NCBI GenBank assembly: GCA_963810935.1
Contig: CAWEPK010000007.1
Coordinates: 32,001 to 96,000, forward strand
Direction: 5' to 3'
Length of the DNA stretch: 64,000 nucleotides
Origin: an uncultured delta proteobacterium
Lineage (GTDB): Bacteria; Desulfobacterota; Syntrophorhabdia; Syntrophorhabdales; WCHB1-27
The notes under the pieces: generated by a model
What the model saw: only the letters and a program-made list of their open reading frames with translations
Told to the model about the DNA's origin: nothing
The model's database searches: none
Shown: positions 27,024-38,836 of the stretch, one piece after another
Layout: every line of letters starts with the position of its first letter
Position numbering within the stretch: position 1 is the first letter of the stretch
Program-made: the position numbers and the translations under genes

Positions 27024-30000
27024 CTATCCGCTCCCTTCGGGTGCTGCGCCGGGTCCGGTCGGCGGGGTTTCCCGGCCAGGGCCCGCCCCCGCCTTGCCCG
27101 CAGCGGGCGAGACCGCTTTCTTCTTTGCCTTCGACCTCTCGGCGAGCGTCTCGAATAGGTAGAAGAAGAGCGGCACATAGAGCATGGCGAGCGTCGTCTC
27201 GCCGATCATGCCGCCGATGATGCCTGTGCCTATCGAGTGGCGCGCGTTCGCTCCTGCGCCCATTGCCAGGGCCAGGGGCATCACGCCGAAAATGAAGGCA
27301 AGCGATGTCATGATGATCGGGCGCAGGCGCTCCTCGCCGGCCTGCTTGGTCGCCTCCATGACGGAAAGCCCCTGCTTGCGCAGGTCTACCGCGAAGGAGA
27401 CGCGGAGCACGGCGTTCTTCGCGCCGAGGCCGATCAGCACAAGGAGCCCTATCTGGAAGTAGACGTCGTTGTCCAGGCCGCGCATCCAGTTGAAAACGAG
27501 GGCGCCGAGGATGCCGAAGGGTACCGCAGTAAGCACGGAGCCGGGCAGTATCCACGACTCGAACTGCGCGGCCAGCACGAGAAAGACGATGATGATGCCG
27601 AAGATGAAGGCGTTCGCCGAGGTGCCGCCCGATTTCTTCTCTTCGTAAGCCATGCCCGACCAGGCGAAGCCGTAGCCCGAAGGCAGCGTTTCTTTTGCGA
27701 CTTCTTCCATCGCACGCAATGCCGTCCCGGAGCTTTTACCCTGCGCGGGGCCGCCGGTAATGCAGGCTGCGGGGAAGCCGTTGAAGTGCGGCTCAAGCTC
27801 AGGGCCCGTCGCGTATTTCGTCCTGACCAGGGCGGACAGCGGTACCATGTTGCCGGTCTCCGAGCGTGTGTAAAGCCGCGTGATGTCGGAGGGGCTCCGT
27901 CTGTAGGGGGCGTCCGACTGGAGGATGACGTTCCAGACGCGGCTGTACTGGTTGAACTGGCTTACCTGCATGGAGCCGAACTGCGCCTGCAATGCGCTGT
28001 AAACGTCCGGTACCGGGACGCCGAGCAGCACGGCCTTGGCACGGTCGACCTCGGCCCGCAACTGGCGGGAGGCGGCGCGGTACGTAGTGTTCAGCTCGGT
28101 CAGCTCCGGCCGCGTGCGCGCCTTCGCAAGGAACTTCTGCGTGACGTCGGCGAGCCGCTGCGGGTCGCCCGAGCCCTTATCCTGGATCCAGAACTCGAAG
28201 CCCCCGGTCGTGCCGATGCCCGGTATGGCGGGGGGCTCGATCGGTATGAAAAGCCCCTTGTCGAAGCGGCGGGCCTTCAGCGCAACGTCAGTCAGCACTG
28301 TCTCCACGTTCTGCTCCAGCGCTTTCTTCTTGCTCGCGTAGCGCTGATCGACAGGCTTGAACGTCACGAAGAATGTGGACGCGCTGGGCTTATACTGGCT
28401 GTCGAGGAGGCTGTATCCGCTGATGACCGTCCTGTTCTCTATCGCCGGGTTGTCCGCGAAGAGCTTGTCTATCTGCGCCGCGGCCTCGGAGGTGCGGTTG
28501 AGGGACGCCGAGTCGGGCATGATGAGCTGGCCCATCACGTACCCCTGGTCCTCGGGCGGCACGAAGGCCGTCGGTATCGTGTGGAAGAGATAGAGCAGGG
28601 CGTAAACGAAAAACCCGAGGAGTACGAAGGCGATGACTACGCGCTTTATCATGAGGGAGACAGCCTCGCCGAACCATACGGTGAAGCCGGCGAACCCCCG
28701 GTTGAACCAGTCGAAGAAGCGGTTTATCCAGCCGAATATACCTTTGCGGGAGGGAGCTTTCGGCTTCAGGAGGACCGCGCACATCGCCGGACTTAAGGTA
28801 AGCGCAGTAAAGCCGGAGATGGCGACGGAGACGACGATGGTGATGGCGAACTGCTTGTAAAGCTGGCCGGTCGTGCCCGGCAGGAAGGCGGCGGGGACGA
28901 AGACCGAGGCCATGACAAGCACTACGGCGATCAGCGAGCCGCCGATCTCTTCCATCGCCTTTATCGTCGCCTCTTTAGGCGCCAGGCCCTTCTTCTCCAT
29001 GTTCCGCTCTACGTTTTCGACGACGACAATGGCGTCGTCAACGACCATGCCTATGGCGAGGACTATCCCGAATAGCGTCAAGAGGTTCAGGGAGAAGCCG
29101 AGGGCGAGCATGCCCGCGAAGGTGCCGACGAGGGAGACGACAATGGCCGCGACGCAAATGATCGTCGAGCGGAAGCTCTGCAGGAAGAAGTAGACGACGA
29201 GGATGACGAGCAGCACCGCCTCGAAGAGCGTGTGTATGACTTCCTTGACGGAGATCCGCACGAAGTCCGTAGTGTCGAGGGCTACCACGTACTCGATCCC
29301 TTCAGGCATAGAGGGCTTGAGCTGCTCCAGGGCTTTGCGGACCGCATCCGATACCTCGAGGCCGTTCGAGCCTGCCTGCTGGTAGATCATGATGGGCGTC
29401 GCGGGGAAGCCGTTGAGCCTTGAATCCTCTACGTACTGCCTGCGTCCTATCTCCGCGCGCGCCACGTCCTTGAGGTGCACCAGGGCGCTGCCGTCGGGCC
29501 TTGCCCGCAGGATGATCTGCTCGTATTCGGACGGCTTGACGAACGGTCCTTGCGTCACGACGGGGAAGGTCATCTGCAGGTCGGGGGCGCCCGGCTGCTG
29601 GCCCACCTGGCCTGCGCCGAAAAGGGCGTTCTGCCCGGCAACGGCCTGTTGTATATCGGTCGTCGTGATGTGCAGGGCGGCCATCTGGTCGGGGTTCATC
29701 CAGATGCGCATCGCTTGGTCGGCCGCGCCTATCACGTCCGCCTGGCCGGCCCCCTTGACCCTCTTGATCGCGTCGAGGACGAAGACGTTGGCGTAATTAT
29801 TGACATACTCCGGGCTGTACCTGCCGTCCTTGTTGAATATGGAGATTATCATCAGGGGGCAGGCGGACCTCTTCTGCACGGAGACGCCGTACTGCACTAC
29901 GCTCTGCGGCAGCATCGGCATGGCGAGGTTGACGCGGTTCTGCACGGCCACCTGCGCGATGTCGGGGTCCGTGTTGAGCGCGAAGTAAACCGTGATCGAC

Positions 30001-30266
30001 ATCTGGCCGGTGTTGGAGCTGGTCGAGTTCATGTAAAGCATGTTCTCGACGCCGTTGATCTGCGCCTCGATGGGGGAGGCGACGGAATCGCCCACGGTCT
30101 TGGCGTCCGCACCAGGGTAGACTGCCGAGACGGAAATCTCCACGGGCGTGATCGTCGGGTACATCGAGACGGGGAGGGCATTCATCGCCACGAGGCCCGC
30201 GATCACGATGACGAGGGATATGACGGTCGCGAAGATGGGCCGCTCTATGAAAAACCTGGAGAACAT
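27024..30266 (-). CDS. RND efflux permease (HAE1, AcrB-like)
   Basis: FFIERPIFA, GMVVDDAIVVVENVER and RLRPIIMTS. Confidence 0.95.
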   Translation of the reverse strand: MFSRFFIERPIFATVISLVIVIAGLVAMNALPVSMYPTITPVEISVSAVYPGADAKTVGDSVASPIEAQINGVENMLYMNSTSSNTGQMSITVYFALNTDPDIAQVAVQNRVNLAMPMLPQSVVQYGVSVQKRSACPLMIISIFNKDGRYSPEYVNNYANVFVLDAIKRVKGAGQADVIGAADQAMRIWMNPDQMAALHITTTDIQQAVAGQNALFGAGQVGQQPGAPDLQMTFPVVTQGPFVKPSEYEQIILRARPDGSALVHLKDVARAEIGRRQYVEDSRLNGFPATPIMIYQQAGSNGLEVSDAVRKALEQLKPSMPEGIEYVVALDTTDFVRISVKEVIHTLFEAVLLVILVVYFFLQSFRSTIICVAAIVVSLVGTFAGMLALGFSLNLLTLFGIVLAIGMVVDDAIVVVENVERNMEKKGLAPKEATIKAMEEIGGSLIAVVLVMASVFVPAAFLPGTTGQLYKQFAITIVVSVAISGFTALTLSPAMCAVLLKPKAPSRKGIFGWINRFFDWFNRGFAGFTVWFGEAVSLMIKRVVIAFVLLGFFVYALLYLFHTIPTAFVPPEDQGYVMGQLIMPDSASLNRTSEAAAQIDKLFADNPAIENRTVISGYSLLDSQYKPSASTFFVTFKPVDQRYASKKKALEQNVETVLTDVALKARRFDKGLFIPIEPPAIPGIGTTGGFEFWIQDKGSGDPQRLADVTQKFLAKARTRPELTELNTTYRAASRQLRAEVDRAKAVLLGVPVPDVYSALQAQFGSMQVSQFNQYSRVWNVILQSDAPYRRSPSDITRLYTRSETGNMVPLSALVRTKYATGPELEPHFNGFPAACITGGPAQGKSSGTALRAMEEVAKETLPSGYGFAWSGMAYEEKKSGGTSANAFIFGIIIVFLVLAAQFESWILPGSVLTAVPFGILGALVFNWMRGLDNDVYFQIGLLVLIGLGAKNAVLRVSFAVDLRKQGLSVMEATKQAGEERLRPIIMTSLAFIFGVMPLALAMGAGANARHSIGTGIIGGMIGETTLAMLYVPLFFYLFETLAERSKAKKKAVSPAAGKAGAGPGRETPPTGPGAAPEGSG

Positions 30267-30287
30267 GCGGTCTTCTTGAGGCCTCCC

Positions 30288-31550
30288 TTATTTCGCGGGC
30301 GCGGAAGGCTCGCCCTTTCGGCCGGGCGCGCCCTCAGGGTGCGGCGGCCGTGCGGCGCCCGGCTTTGCGCCGCTCGACGGCGGGGTCAGCCAGGTCTTTA
30401 CTGTCGCCGGGTCGCCCGCCGCAAGGGTCAGGCCGCCGTCCACCACGACGGTGTCGCCCGCATTCAGGCCGGTGGAGACGAACCAGTCGTTGCCTATCCA
30501 GTCGCCCACGGTCACCGGCCTCGGCTCGGCCGTGCCCTGCTTGTCGATGGTCCAGACGAAGTGGCCCTTCGCCCCCTGCTGCACGGCGCGCTGCGGCACC
30601 GCGATGGCGTTAGGCCGCACGAGGCCCATCACACATGCCCGGACGAACTGGCCCGGATGCAGCTTGGCGTTGGGGTTCGGCACGGTGGCGCGCAGGAGGA
30701 AAGTGCCCGTCTGCTGGCTGAACTCTGCGTCCGCGAAGGTAATGTGCCCTCTGTGCGGGTAGACCGAGCCGTCGGCCAGTATGATCTCCACTTCGTATTC
30801 TTTCGGCCGGCGGACCGTCCCTGAGTCCGTCTCCTGCGTCCAACGCAGTATGTCGTTCTCGGAGATGCTGAAGGTGACCCACATGGGGCTGATCTGGACG
30901 ACGTACGTGAGGAGGCTGTTCATCGGGTTGACGTAGGAGCCTTCCTGCACGCGCGCGTAGCTCGATAGTCCGGTCAGGGGGGCGTTGATTTTGGTGTAGC
31001 CCAGGTTGAGGTTCGTCTGCTCGACCTCGGCCTTCGCCGATACGACGGCCGCTGCCGCTGCCTGCTGCTGGCCCGTGGCGTCATCGAGGTCTTTCTGGGA
31101 GAGGGCGTTCTGCTCGACCAGGGGCTTCACGCGCCGCAACTCCGCCTCCGCAGTGCGCAGGCGCGCCTCCTGCTGGCTAAGGGCGCCCACGGCAGCGTTT
31201 AACCGCGCCTCGAAGGGCTTGGGGTCCATGAGGAACATCGTCTGCCCTTTTTGGACGACGCTGCCTTCCGTGTACATGCGCTTATCGAGAAAGCCGTCAA
31301 CACGGGCCCTGATCTCGACCGTGTGCGAGCCCTGCGTCTGGCCGACGAATTCAAAGACTATCGGCGTGTCTTTCGCTTCCACCTTGATCGCGGTCACCTG
31401 CGCAGGCGCGTGTCGCGGCGGCGCCGGCGCTTTGCCGCACCCCGCCGCTGCCAGGCAAAGGGAGAGGCAGGCGAAGGACGAAAGGAAAACGGCCCGTGAA
31501 GGGCGCAGCAGGAAGGCTGGGCGAATAAATGCCTGGCCCGAATCGCTCAT
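30288..31550 (-). CDS. RND periplasmic adaptor (membrane fusion protein)
   Basis: VEIRARVDG, NLGYTKINAP, TGTFLLRA and VPQRAV. Confidence 0.92.
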   Translation of the reverse strand: MSDSGQAFIRPAFLLRPSRAVFLSSFACLSLCLAAAGCGKAPAPPRHAPAQVTAIKVEAKDTPIVFEFVGQTQGSHTVEIRARVDGFLDKRMYTEGSVVQKGQTMFLMDPKPFEARLNAAVGALSQQEARLRTAEAELRRVKPLVEQNALSQKDLDDATGQQQAAAAAVVSAKAEVEQTNLNLGYTKINAPLTGLSSYARVQEGSYVNPMNSLLTYVVQISPMWVTFSISENDILRWTQETDSGTVRRPKEYEVEIILADGSVYPHRGHITFADAEFSQQTGTFLLRATVPNPNAKLHPGQFVRACVMGLVRPNAIAVPQRAVQQGAKGHFVWTIDKQGTAEPRPVTVGDWIGNDWFVSTGLNAGDTVVVDGGLTLAAGDPATVKTWLTPPSSGAKPGAARPPHPEGAPGRKGEPSAPAK

Positions 31551-31831
31551 GTTCGGTTCCTCCTGGCCGTTTCTAAAAAAGTGGGCCTAACGGACTCGAC
31601 GGCCGTATCACACCGGTTAGGTGCGGACATAATCTATTCGGGAAAAGCCGGATTGTCCGCCCGAACTTCCATTTTCTCCCCGCAGCGCCCGTGAAAAAGA
31701 CTGACGGGCGTCGATTAGCGCGACAAACAAGGACAAATGCGCCCATGCGTGATTATCGGCCGCCCGGACTGTTTGCTTAACGATAGTGGACAGGGCGGGG
31801 TTCTATTGGGGCCTTCCACGTCGTTTTTGCT

Positions 31832-31987
31832 AGGCGCGGCTCGTCACGTTGCCACCTGCCCGACCGCCCGGTGTGAATCGGCGGGAGTAGGATTCGAACC
31901 CACGGGGCGCGTTCTCCCTGCTCGGTTTCCGGTCAGCAGCATAACGGAAGCAAAACGGCTCCGTCCGCCCCCTACTCGGTAGCGCCT
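31832..31987 (-). ncRNA. tRNA-like structured element (degenerate tRNA-Ser relic or permuted tRNA mimic)
   Basis: Canonical T-arm GTGGG-TTCGAAT-CCTAC at 31887-31903 with neighbouring hairpins, but no canonical cloverleaf or CCA. Confidence 0.45.
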
Positions 31988-32124
31988 GTGCGTTAATCCG
32001 AGCATAAAGGCATAGAAGAGGCAAGGGGAGGGCTCTTGTAGTTTCCAAAGCAATCAGCTAATATTTGTGACTATCGTACACAATCCTCGACACGCCGACA
32101 TAGGTTACGGAGGGGTCCGGAAGC

Positions 32125-35100
32125 ATGTTGAGAAAATTCCGTTCGTGGTCCATAAGTACACACTTAGTGACTTTGATCGCCCTGCTGGCGGTCCCTTGCA
32201 TAAGCCTGATCGTCTACTCAGGGATAACCGAGCGTCGTGAAGCAATAGCCAGCGCCAAGTCTGATTGTTTGAAGTTCGTTAATGAGGTTGCCGGACAGCA
32301 GCAAGCCATGGTTGCAGGGGCGGAGCAACTGGCAGCCGCACTTTCCTTGGTTCCCGCGATACAAACCCGAAACGCCTCAGCCGCCAACCATTTTTTTGCC
32401 GAGCTTTTGAAAAAGAACCCTCAATATAACAACATACTCGTCTGTGATAAATCGGGCCGTGTCTGGGCGTCGGCAGTCCCTTTTGAGGGGAATGTGTCGC
32501 AGGCCGACCGGACCTATTTCCGAGAGGCATTACGTACCGGGATGTTTTCTTCCGGCGAAGCCGTCTTGGGCCGGATAACGAAAAAACTTTGCATAGGCTT
32601 TGGATACCCGGTGAAGAATACCGCGAATCAGGTGGTAGGGGTGATAGGCATCATTCAGAGCTTAGACTACAGCCAGCATGTGTTCGAAATGCTTAACCTC
32701 CCGCCCTACTCGTCATTCAGCCTACTCGATCATAAAGGCAACATCTTCATCAGGAACCTCAGCGATCCGTTCTCACAAAAACTTATGGGTCAGCGTGATG
32801 TTAGGGAAGAACTATTCACACGAATGACAGAAGGTCCTGATGAGGGAACTTGGGAAGCCACGGGAAATGATGGCAAGTTCCGAGTTTCTGCGTATAAAAG
32901 AATAAGTCTCCCTCACGAAACAACGCCTTATATTTATGTGCGCGACAGTATACCGCTCGCTTCAGCCGTGTCGAACGCAAATGCCGTAATGTTCAGGAAC
33001 CTCTCGGCATTCGTGTCGCTGTTTCTTATCGGCTTGTTGCTGGCTTGGTTCATCGGGAAGCGCGTCATCGTTAAACCCCTTATGGCGCTTAAAGGCGCAT
33101 CCGAGCAATTGGCCGCGGGTGCGGATACGGTCAATGTGTCTTCCGTTGTGACAGACGGCGAACTCGGAGAGCGTAGCTCGCACATTCGACGATATGGCTG
33201 AGACTTTGATTCAGGAAAAGACCGCCCTTCGGACAAGCGAGGAGCGTTGGTCCACCACGCTTTCGAGCATCGGTGATGCGGTAATTGCAACCGATGTTAA
33301 AGGGAAGATCACATTTATGAACGCCGTTGCGCAAGGGCTGACCGGCTGGACCCTCGAAGAAGCCGCAGCGAAACCCGTGACAGAGATATTCAACATCATC
33401 AACGAGCAGACCCGTACTCAGGTTGAGAACCCCGTCACGAAAGTGCTCCGGGAAGGAATGATTGTCGGTCTCGCCAACCACACTGTTCTCATCAGGAAAG
33501 ACGGATCGGAAATCCCTATTGACGACAGCGGCGCACCCATAAGAGATGAGGTCGGTAACACCAGAGGCGTCGTTCTCATTTTCCGCGACATCACCGAGCG
33601 CAAGGAAGCCGAAGAGAGGGCGAGTCACCTTGCCTCCTTTCCGGAGTTGAATCCCGCTCCTATTTTGGAGGTCAATGTCTCCGGCGAGATCACCTTTTGT
33701 AACCCCGGCGCACTTAGCATATTAAATGAGGCCGGGATGAACGGAGCAGATTGCCAGCGCCTCCTGCCGGAAGACCTCGGCGACATCCTTCGGAATTGGG
33801 ACAAGAAAAGCGAATCGACTATTTATCGCGAGATACTGCTAAAGAACAAAGTCTTTGCAGAGAACATCCATCTTGTGCCTCAGTTTAATGTCGCCCGTGT
33901 TTATGCATTTGACATTACCGAGCGTAAGCGGGCAGAAGAGGTCGTCCAAACGACCTTGCAACGCTTCTATACCGTTTTTTCAAGCATGTATACCGCCATT
34001 CTGCTCGTGACCGATGAAGGCCGGGTTGAGTTTGCCAATCAGGCGTTCTGTGACTACTTCGATTTGAAAGACTCACCTGCGGACCTCGTGGGACTCAGTC
34101 CATCCGAGATAATTGCGAAAATCAGGAAAGCCTATCTATATCCTGACGAGGCAATGGCCCGCATCAACGAAATCGTAAATATGGGTCAGCCCGTAAGAGG
34201 TGAGGAAGTGGCTATACGGGGTGGCCGTTCATTCCTGCGGGACTTCATCCCTATAAATATGAACGGAAAATCATTCGGCAGGTTATGGTACCACACTGAC
34301 ATCACGGTCCGTAGACGGGCCGAAGATAGTCTGGCTAACGACCTCGCCGCCCTAACCCGGATACACGATCTGAGCATAAAACGCCTCGAAGCGGGCGGAC
34401 TCGAACCATTATTACAGGGGATCATGGATGCGGCTGTTGCCATAGTGGGGGCTGACAAAGGCACCCTGCAACTGGTGGAAGGCGATTCGCTTCGCATCGT
34501 TGCACATCATGGACATGAGCGTCCTTTTCTCGACTTCTTCGCCTCGGCTGATAATGTGGCTTCCGTGTGCGGGGAGGCGACTAGGCGCGGGGAGCGCGTG
34601 GTGGTCGAGGATGTGGAGGCGAGCCCACTCTTCGCCGGGACCCCGTCGCTGCCGGTCCTCCGAGACGCCGGTGTACGCGCCGTGCAGTCCACGCCTCTGC
34701 TCCGCCGACAGGGGGAGCTGCTTGGCATCCTCACGACGCAGTGGGGCGTTCCCTATCTGCCAGACGAGCACGACCTGTGGAGAATCGACTTGATCGCTCG
34801 TCAAGCTGCCGACATTATCGAACACACACGGGCGGAAGAAGAGCTTCGCCGATCCCATGAAGAACTGGAGCAACGGGTGGCCGAGCGGACAGCGGCGGTC
34901 ACCCGTCTCGCAGCGGCGGTGGAAAGCGCAGCAGAATCAGTCCTTATTACCGATCCTACTTGGCACGGCGAGTACGCAAATCCGGCATTCTACCATTTGA
35001 CGGGGTATGAGACGGACGAAATCGTCGGGCGTGAGATACGTTTCCTGCGGTCAGAAAAAGAGGACGCTTCTGTATATGACCAGAACAGGTCGGGGCCAAT

Positions 35101-36403
35101 GACAGGCAAGCCTCATGCCACCAGATATATGATACGGACGAAAGACGGAACCGCCGTTCCTGTCGATAGTCTTACATCGCCCGTCAAGGATGCGTCGGGA
35201 GCAATCACGAACTTCGTGTTTATCTGGCGCGACATGAGCGAGCAACTCAAGCTCGAAGACCAACTCCGCCAGTCCCACAAGATGGAAGCCCTTGGCACCC
35301 TCGCGGGGGGCATCGCCCATGATTTTAATAACATGCTCGCCGTCATCATAGGAAACGCGGAACTGGCGATTGATGACGCCTCGCCGGAAAGCGACGGCAT
35401 ACGCCATAACCTAGATGCTATTTTCAAGGCGGGAAAGCGCGGCAGGGACCTCGTCAAGCAGATTCTCACATTTACCCGGAAGAACGAGCAGCAGAAGAAG
35501 AACCAGCACCTCGGCCCCCTCATCGAGGAGTCTTTCAAGCTCCTGCGGGCTTCGATCCCTTCTAACATAGAAATGAAGCTCAATCTTAAGACAAAGTCGG
35601 ATTCGGCACGGGTTAACGCTCCGCAATTTCAACAGGTCATCCTCAACCTTTGCACGAACGCCGCTTATGCCATGAGGGAGAAAGGCGGTCTTCTTGAGTT
35701 ATCCCTTGAGGATGAAATCCTTGAGGACTCTTCAGATGCGAAGCCTCAAAAATACCTTAAGCTGACGGTGAGCGACACAGGCACGGGGATTGACAAGGAG
35801 GTGAAGAAAAGGATATTCGACCCCTTCTTCACGACCAAAGGCCATGGAGAGGGTACGGGGATGGGCCTCGCCGTCGTCCACGGCATTGTAGAGTCCCACG
35901 AGGGCATCATTACTGTTCAGAGTGAGCCGGGCAGCGGCTCGACCTTCACAGTCCTGATTCCGAAAGCCAGAGGTAAGGCTGTGTCTGAAAGCGAGCCTGA
36001 ATATGCCCCAGTCGGCGGAGAGGAACGCATCCTGTTCGTGGACGATGAGGACGCGGTTGTCGAAATGACGACTGTTATGCTTGAGCGCCTCGGCTATAAA
36101 GTAACTTCCTTCACCGATCCCGAGGTTGCCCTTAACGCCTTCACCGAGACTCCGCATGATTTCGACCTTGTCATAACGGACCAGACCATGCCACAGGTCA
36201 CAGGGGTGGTGCTGTCGCAGAAGATGAAAACGATAAGGTCCGATATTCCGGTCCTTCTCTGCACCGGGTACAGTCATATGGTCTCCGCCGAGCAAGCGAA
36301 GGCACAGGGGATAGACGGCTATGTTATGAAACCGCTCGATAGGCGCGAACTGGCCGAGTCGATACGAAAAGTCGCTAGATCAGGGGGGGGGGACATTCGT
36401 TGA
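32125..36403 (+). CDS. Hybrid sensor histidine kinase (Cache-HAMP-PAS/GAF-HisKA-HATPase-REC), +1 frameshift near 33173
   Basis: Removing one G restores HAMP GELGELARTFDDMAETL joining ORFs 32125 and 33194; GGIAHDFNNML H-box, DTGTG, PFFTTK and LVITDQTMP. Confidence 0.88.
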
Positions 36404-36491
36404 TTACTCCGCCTCTTGAGCCGCCCGCCGATCAGTAACCCATGAGAGCCGAAAGAAGGGTACAAGCCTTATTACAGATATCCGAATTGCT

Positions 36492-36887
36492 CTAAGGTAG
36501 GATCGTCTTTATGGCTGTCTCAAAGGAAGCCCTTTCCAGCGGCTTGAGAAAGACGTGACTGATCTGCGCGGCTTCTGCGCTTTCTCTGGTCATTTCGAGG
36601 TTCAGACCAGCGGTGACTATTACGAAGGGGAGATCGGGGCGGACGGCTCTCATCAACACGGCCATCTCGGTGCCTCGCATATGCGGCATTATCTCGTCCG
36701 CGATCACAAGTCCGAATCGGTGCGGGTTTTCATTAAAGATACTGACCGCATGAATGGGGTCTGCGCTCGTTTCTACAGCGTAGCCCATGCGCCTGAGAAG
36801 CTCAGCCTGAGTCTCCAAGAGCGTGGGTTCGTCCTCGACCAATAGGATATGACCCTTCTCGGAGCCTGACCCTGTGATTGGCGTCAT
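36492..36887 (-). CDS. Single-domain response regulator
   Basis: ILLVEDE, LVIADEIMP and FLKP; likely start ATG 36887. Confidence 0.82.
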   Translation of the reverse strand: MTPITGSGSEKGHILLVEDEPTLLETQAELLRRMGYAVETSADPIHAVSIFNENPHRFGLVIADEIMPHMRGTEMAVLMRAVRPDLPFVIVTAGLNLEMTRESAEAAQISHVFLKPLERASFETAIKTILP

Positions 36888-37348
36888 CCTTCCCCCCCTT
36901 ACGAATCTTGTTTTCTCTAAACTGCCTTTCGGATTGAACGAACAGGGTGCTGTTGCTCTGGCGTGAGGCTGAGCGCAGTCCTTCGTGCGTCTAATAATAC
37001 TTATAATACAGAGAAGTGACCCTTGCAAAAACAATTGTGCAAGAACATCATTCAGCTAAATGATAGCTCATATAGAGTTTAAGCATTTATCTCCATCTGC
37101 GTCCTCTTAAAGTGAAAACGAACCTTTTGGCCTGATCCTTACCCCACTATGGTGTAAGGGCGCCGAGAGACAGGCTCCCGAATCTCCCGCGATCCGATGG
37201 CGGTATATTGTTAGTGGGTAGTGGCCGGCGACCCTCCGGAAGGAACTACGGGGTGCCACGAAGACGCGAGCCTACCTATTTCCACCTGTCGGTCGCCAGC
37301 CCCTCAAGGTTTTACTCTGTTGCCTTTTAATCGTTTACCGTTTGGCGA

Positions 37349-37690
37349 CTACCCCATCTTATTGATTTTCGTAATATAAATGTCATTTTCCACTTTGATC
37401 CAGCTACCCGACACTTTGTCGCCCGGTTTTATTGTCCTTGCTGCATTGTAGCCGGTCGGTGTTTTTGCGTAGCCTATTCTTGCCTCTCGTGTGCCATACT
37501 TATCGGTCTGGATCGTTGCCGTGCCGTCCTTGGGATTTACACTGACGACTTGGCCTGAGAAGGCGCCGGTGGGAGCGTTTCCGAGCTCAGAGGGGCTGAC
37601 GTCCTCTTTGGAAGGAACCGCTTGCGAAAAAACACTGCCGACAAGGGCAAAACTAAACAGAACGAATACAACTACAAGAATCTTCTTCAT
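37349..37690 (-). CDS. Exported hypothetical protein (small beta-rich domain)
   Basis: MKK signal peptide, AGGAGG RBS. Confidence 0.75.
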   Translation of the reverse strand: MKKILVVVFVLFSFALVGSVFSQAVPSKEDVSPSELGNAPTGAFSGQVVSVNPKDGTATIQTDKYGTREARIGYAKTPTGYNAARTIKPGDKVSGSWIKVENDIYITKINKMG

Positions 37691-38031
37691 TTGACATCCC
37701 TCCTGTCATATTACGTAGTTTGTTTTCCGAGGCCATATTGCAAACTTTGCGGACTCTTCTCGCACACCGGCGTTTCACATATTACTTACTGTACCGAGGC
37801 TCGTTCATCCTCATTTATATTCTCTTGTACCGCTGTTCCGTCTTGTCAAGTGGAGTATGTGAGAGGTGGTTGGGGCACCTGCCTCGCTTTCACATGGTAA
37901 TACCGACGCGCCCGCCGAAATCTCCCCGCTTCTGTGCAATCGGCCTGGACATCGGCTATAATATTGTAAGCAAAGTTACTTACGCTATGTGCCCGGTGGC
38001 CTTACAGTATCCTTAAAACAGGGGAGTATAC

Positions 38032-38508
38032 ATGACTATCTTCAATATGCACGACGTTGTCAACTTCGCCATCAGGATCGAGGAAAACGGGGAGAAGTTT
38101 TACCGGGAAGCCGCGGAGATCATTCCCGACGGACCTGTCAGGGAATTGTTCACGCGGCTTGCCGAAGAGGAAACGGTGCACAAGAGGACTTTCGAAAGGC
38201 TGCTGGCGAGCCTCGGCGACTACCAGCCGCCCGAAACGTATGATGGCGAGTACCTTGCCTACCTGAAAGACTTCATCGACGGCAAAGCCGTGTTCAGGGA
38301 CCACCCCAGGATCCCGGAGCTGGCCAAGGCGGCCACTATCGTGGGCGCACTCGACTTTGCCATTCAGCGGGAGATGGATTCGATCCTTTATTACCAGGAG
38401 ATAAAGAGCCTCCTGGGGGACCATGCGGAAACGGTCGATATGATCATCGACGAAGAGAGGATGCACTTCGCCTTTCTTTCGAGGTTGCGCAGGGAAACCG
38501 CCGGTTAA
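38032..38508 (+). CDS. Ferritin-like/rubrerythrin-family diiron protein
   Basis: AIRIEENGEKFY, LAEEETVH, AIQREMDSILYY and DEERMH. Confidence 0.88.
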   Translation: MTIFNMHDVVNFAIRIEENGEKFYREAAEIIPDGPVRELFTRLAEEETVHKRTFERLLASLGDYQPPETYDGEYLAYLKDFIDGKAVFRDHPRIPELAKAATIVGALDFAIQREMDSILYYQEIKSLLGDHAETVDMIIDEERMHFAFLSRLRRETAG

Positions 38509-38576
38509 GGGTCTCCAGCCAACTGCGTTCCCCCAGGTTCCTGGAAGAGCAGCAGGGCAGGGGTTTGCGACCCTGT

Positions 38577-38594
38577 CCGTGAATAATTTCACTT
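38577..38594. promoter_or_regulatory. Rex-like operator upstream of hdrC
   Basis: ccGTGAAtaatTTCACtt matches the core of the Rex consensus TTGTGAA-N4-TTCACAA. Confidence 0.55.
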
Positions 38595-38836
38595 TCTTCA
38601 ACTTTTTTTAAAAATTAAATGTATACAAAAACGCAGGGATTAAAGGGCCTTACGCAATATGCGTTAAATAGCGGCGTACATACCGCTCTTAATTGGTATT
38701 TTTTTAGTCCCAGAGTACTTGAAACGCAGGTGGGCTTTGTGCTACGATCAAACCTTGGGGACCGATTCAGTCGTTGCATCGGCTATCCAAGAAGGCAAAT
38801 GTTAGCCGAAAAAGCGTGCACTCGGGGGGTGCTTGA

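Noticed and set aside
31879..31986. Intact tRNA-Ser or tRNA-Sec gene
   Set aside because: No 7-bp acceptor stem, canonical D arm, proper anticodon loop or CCA; kept only as a tRNA-like element.
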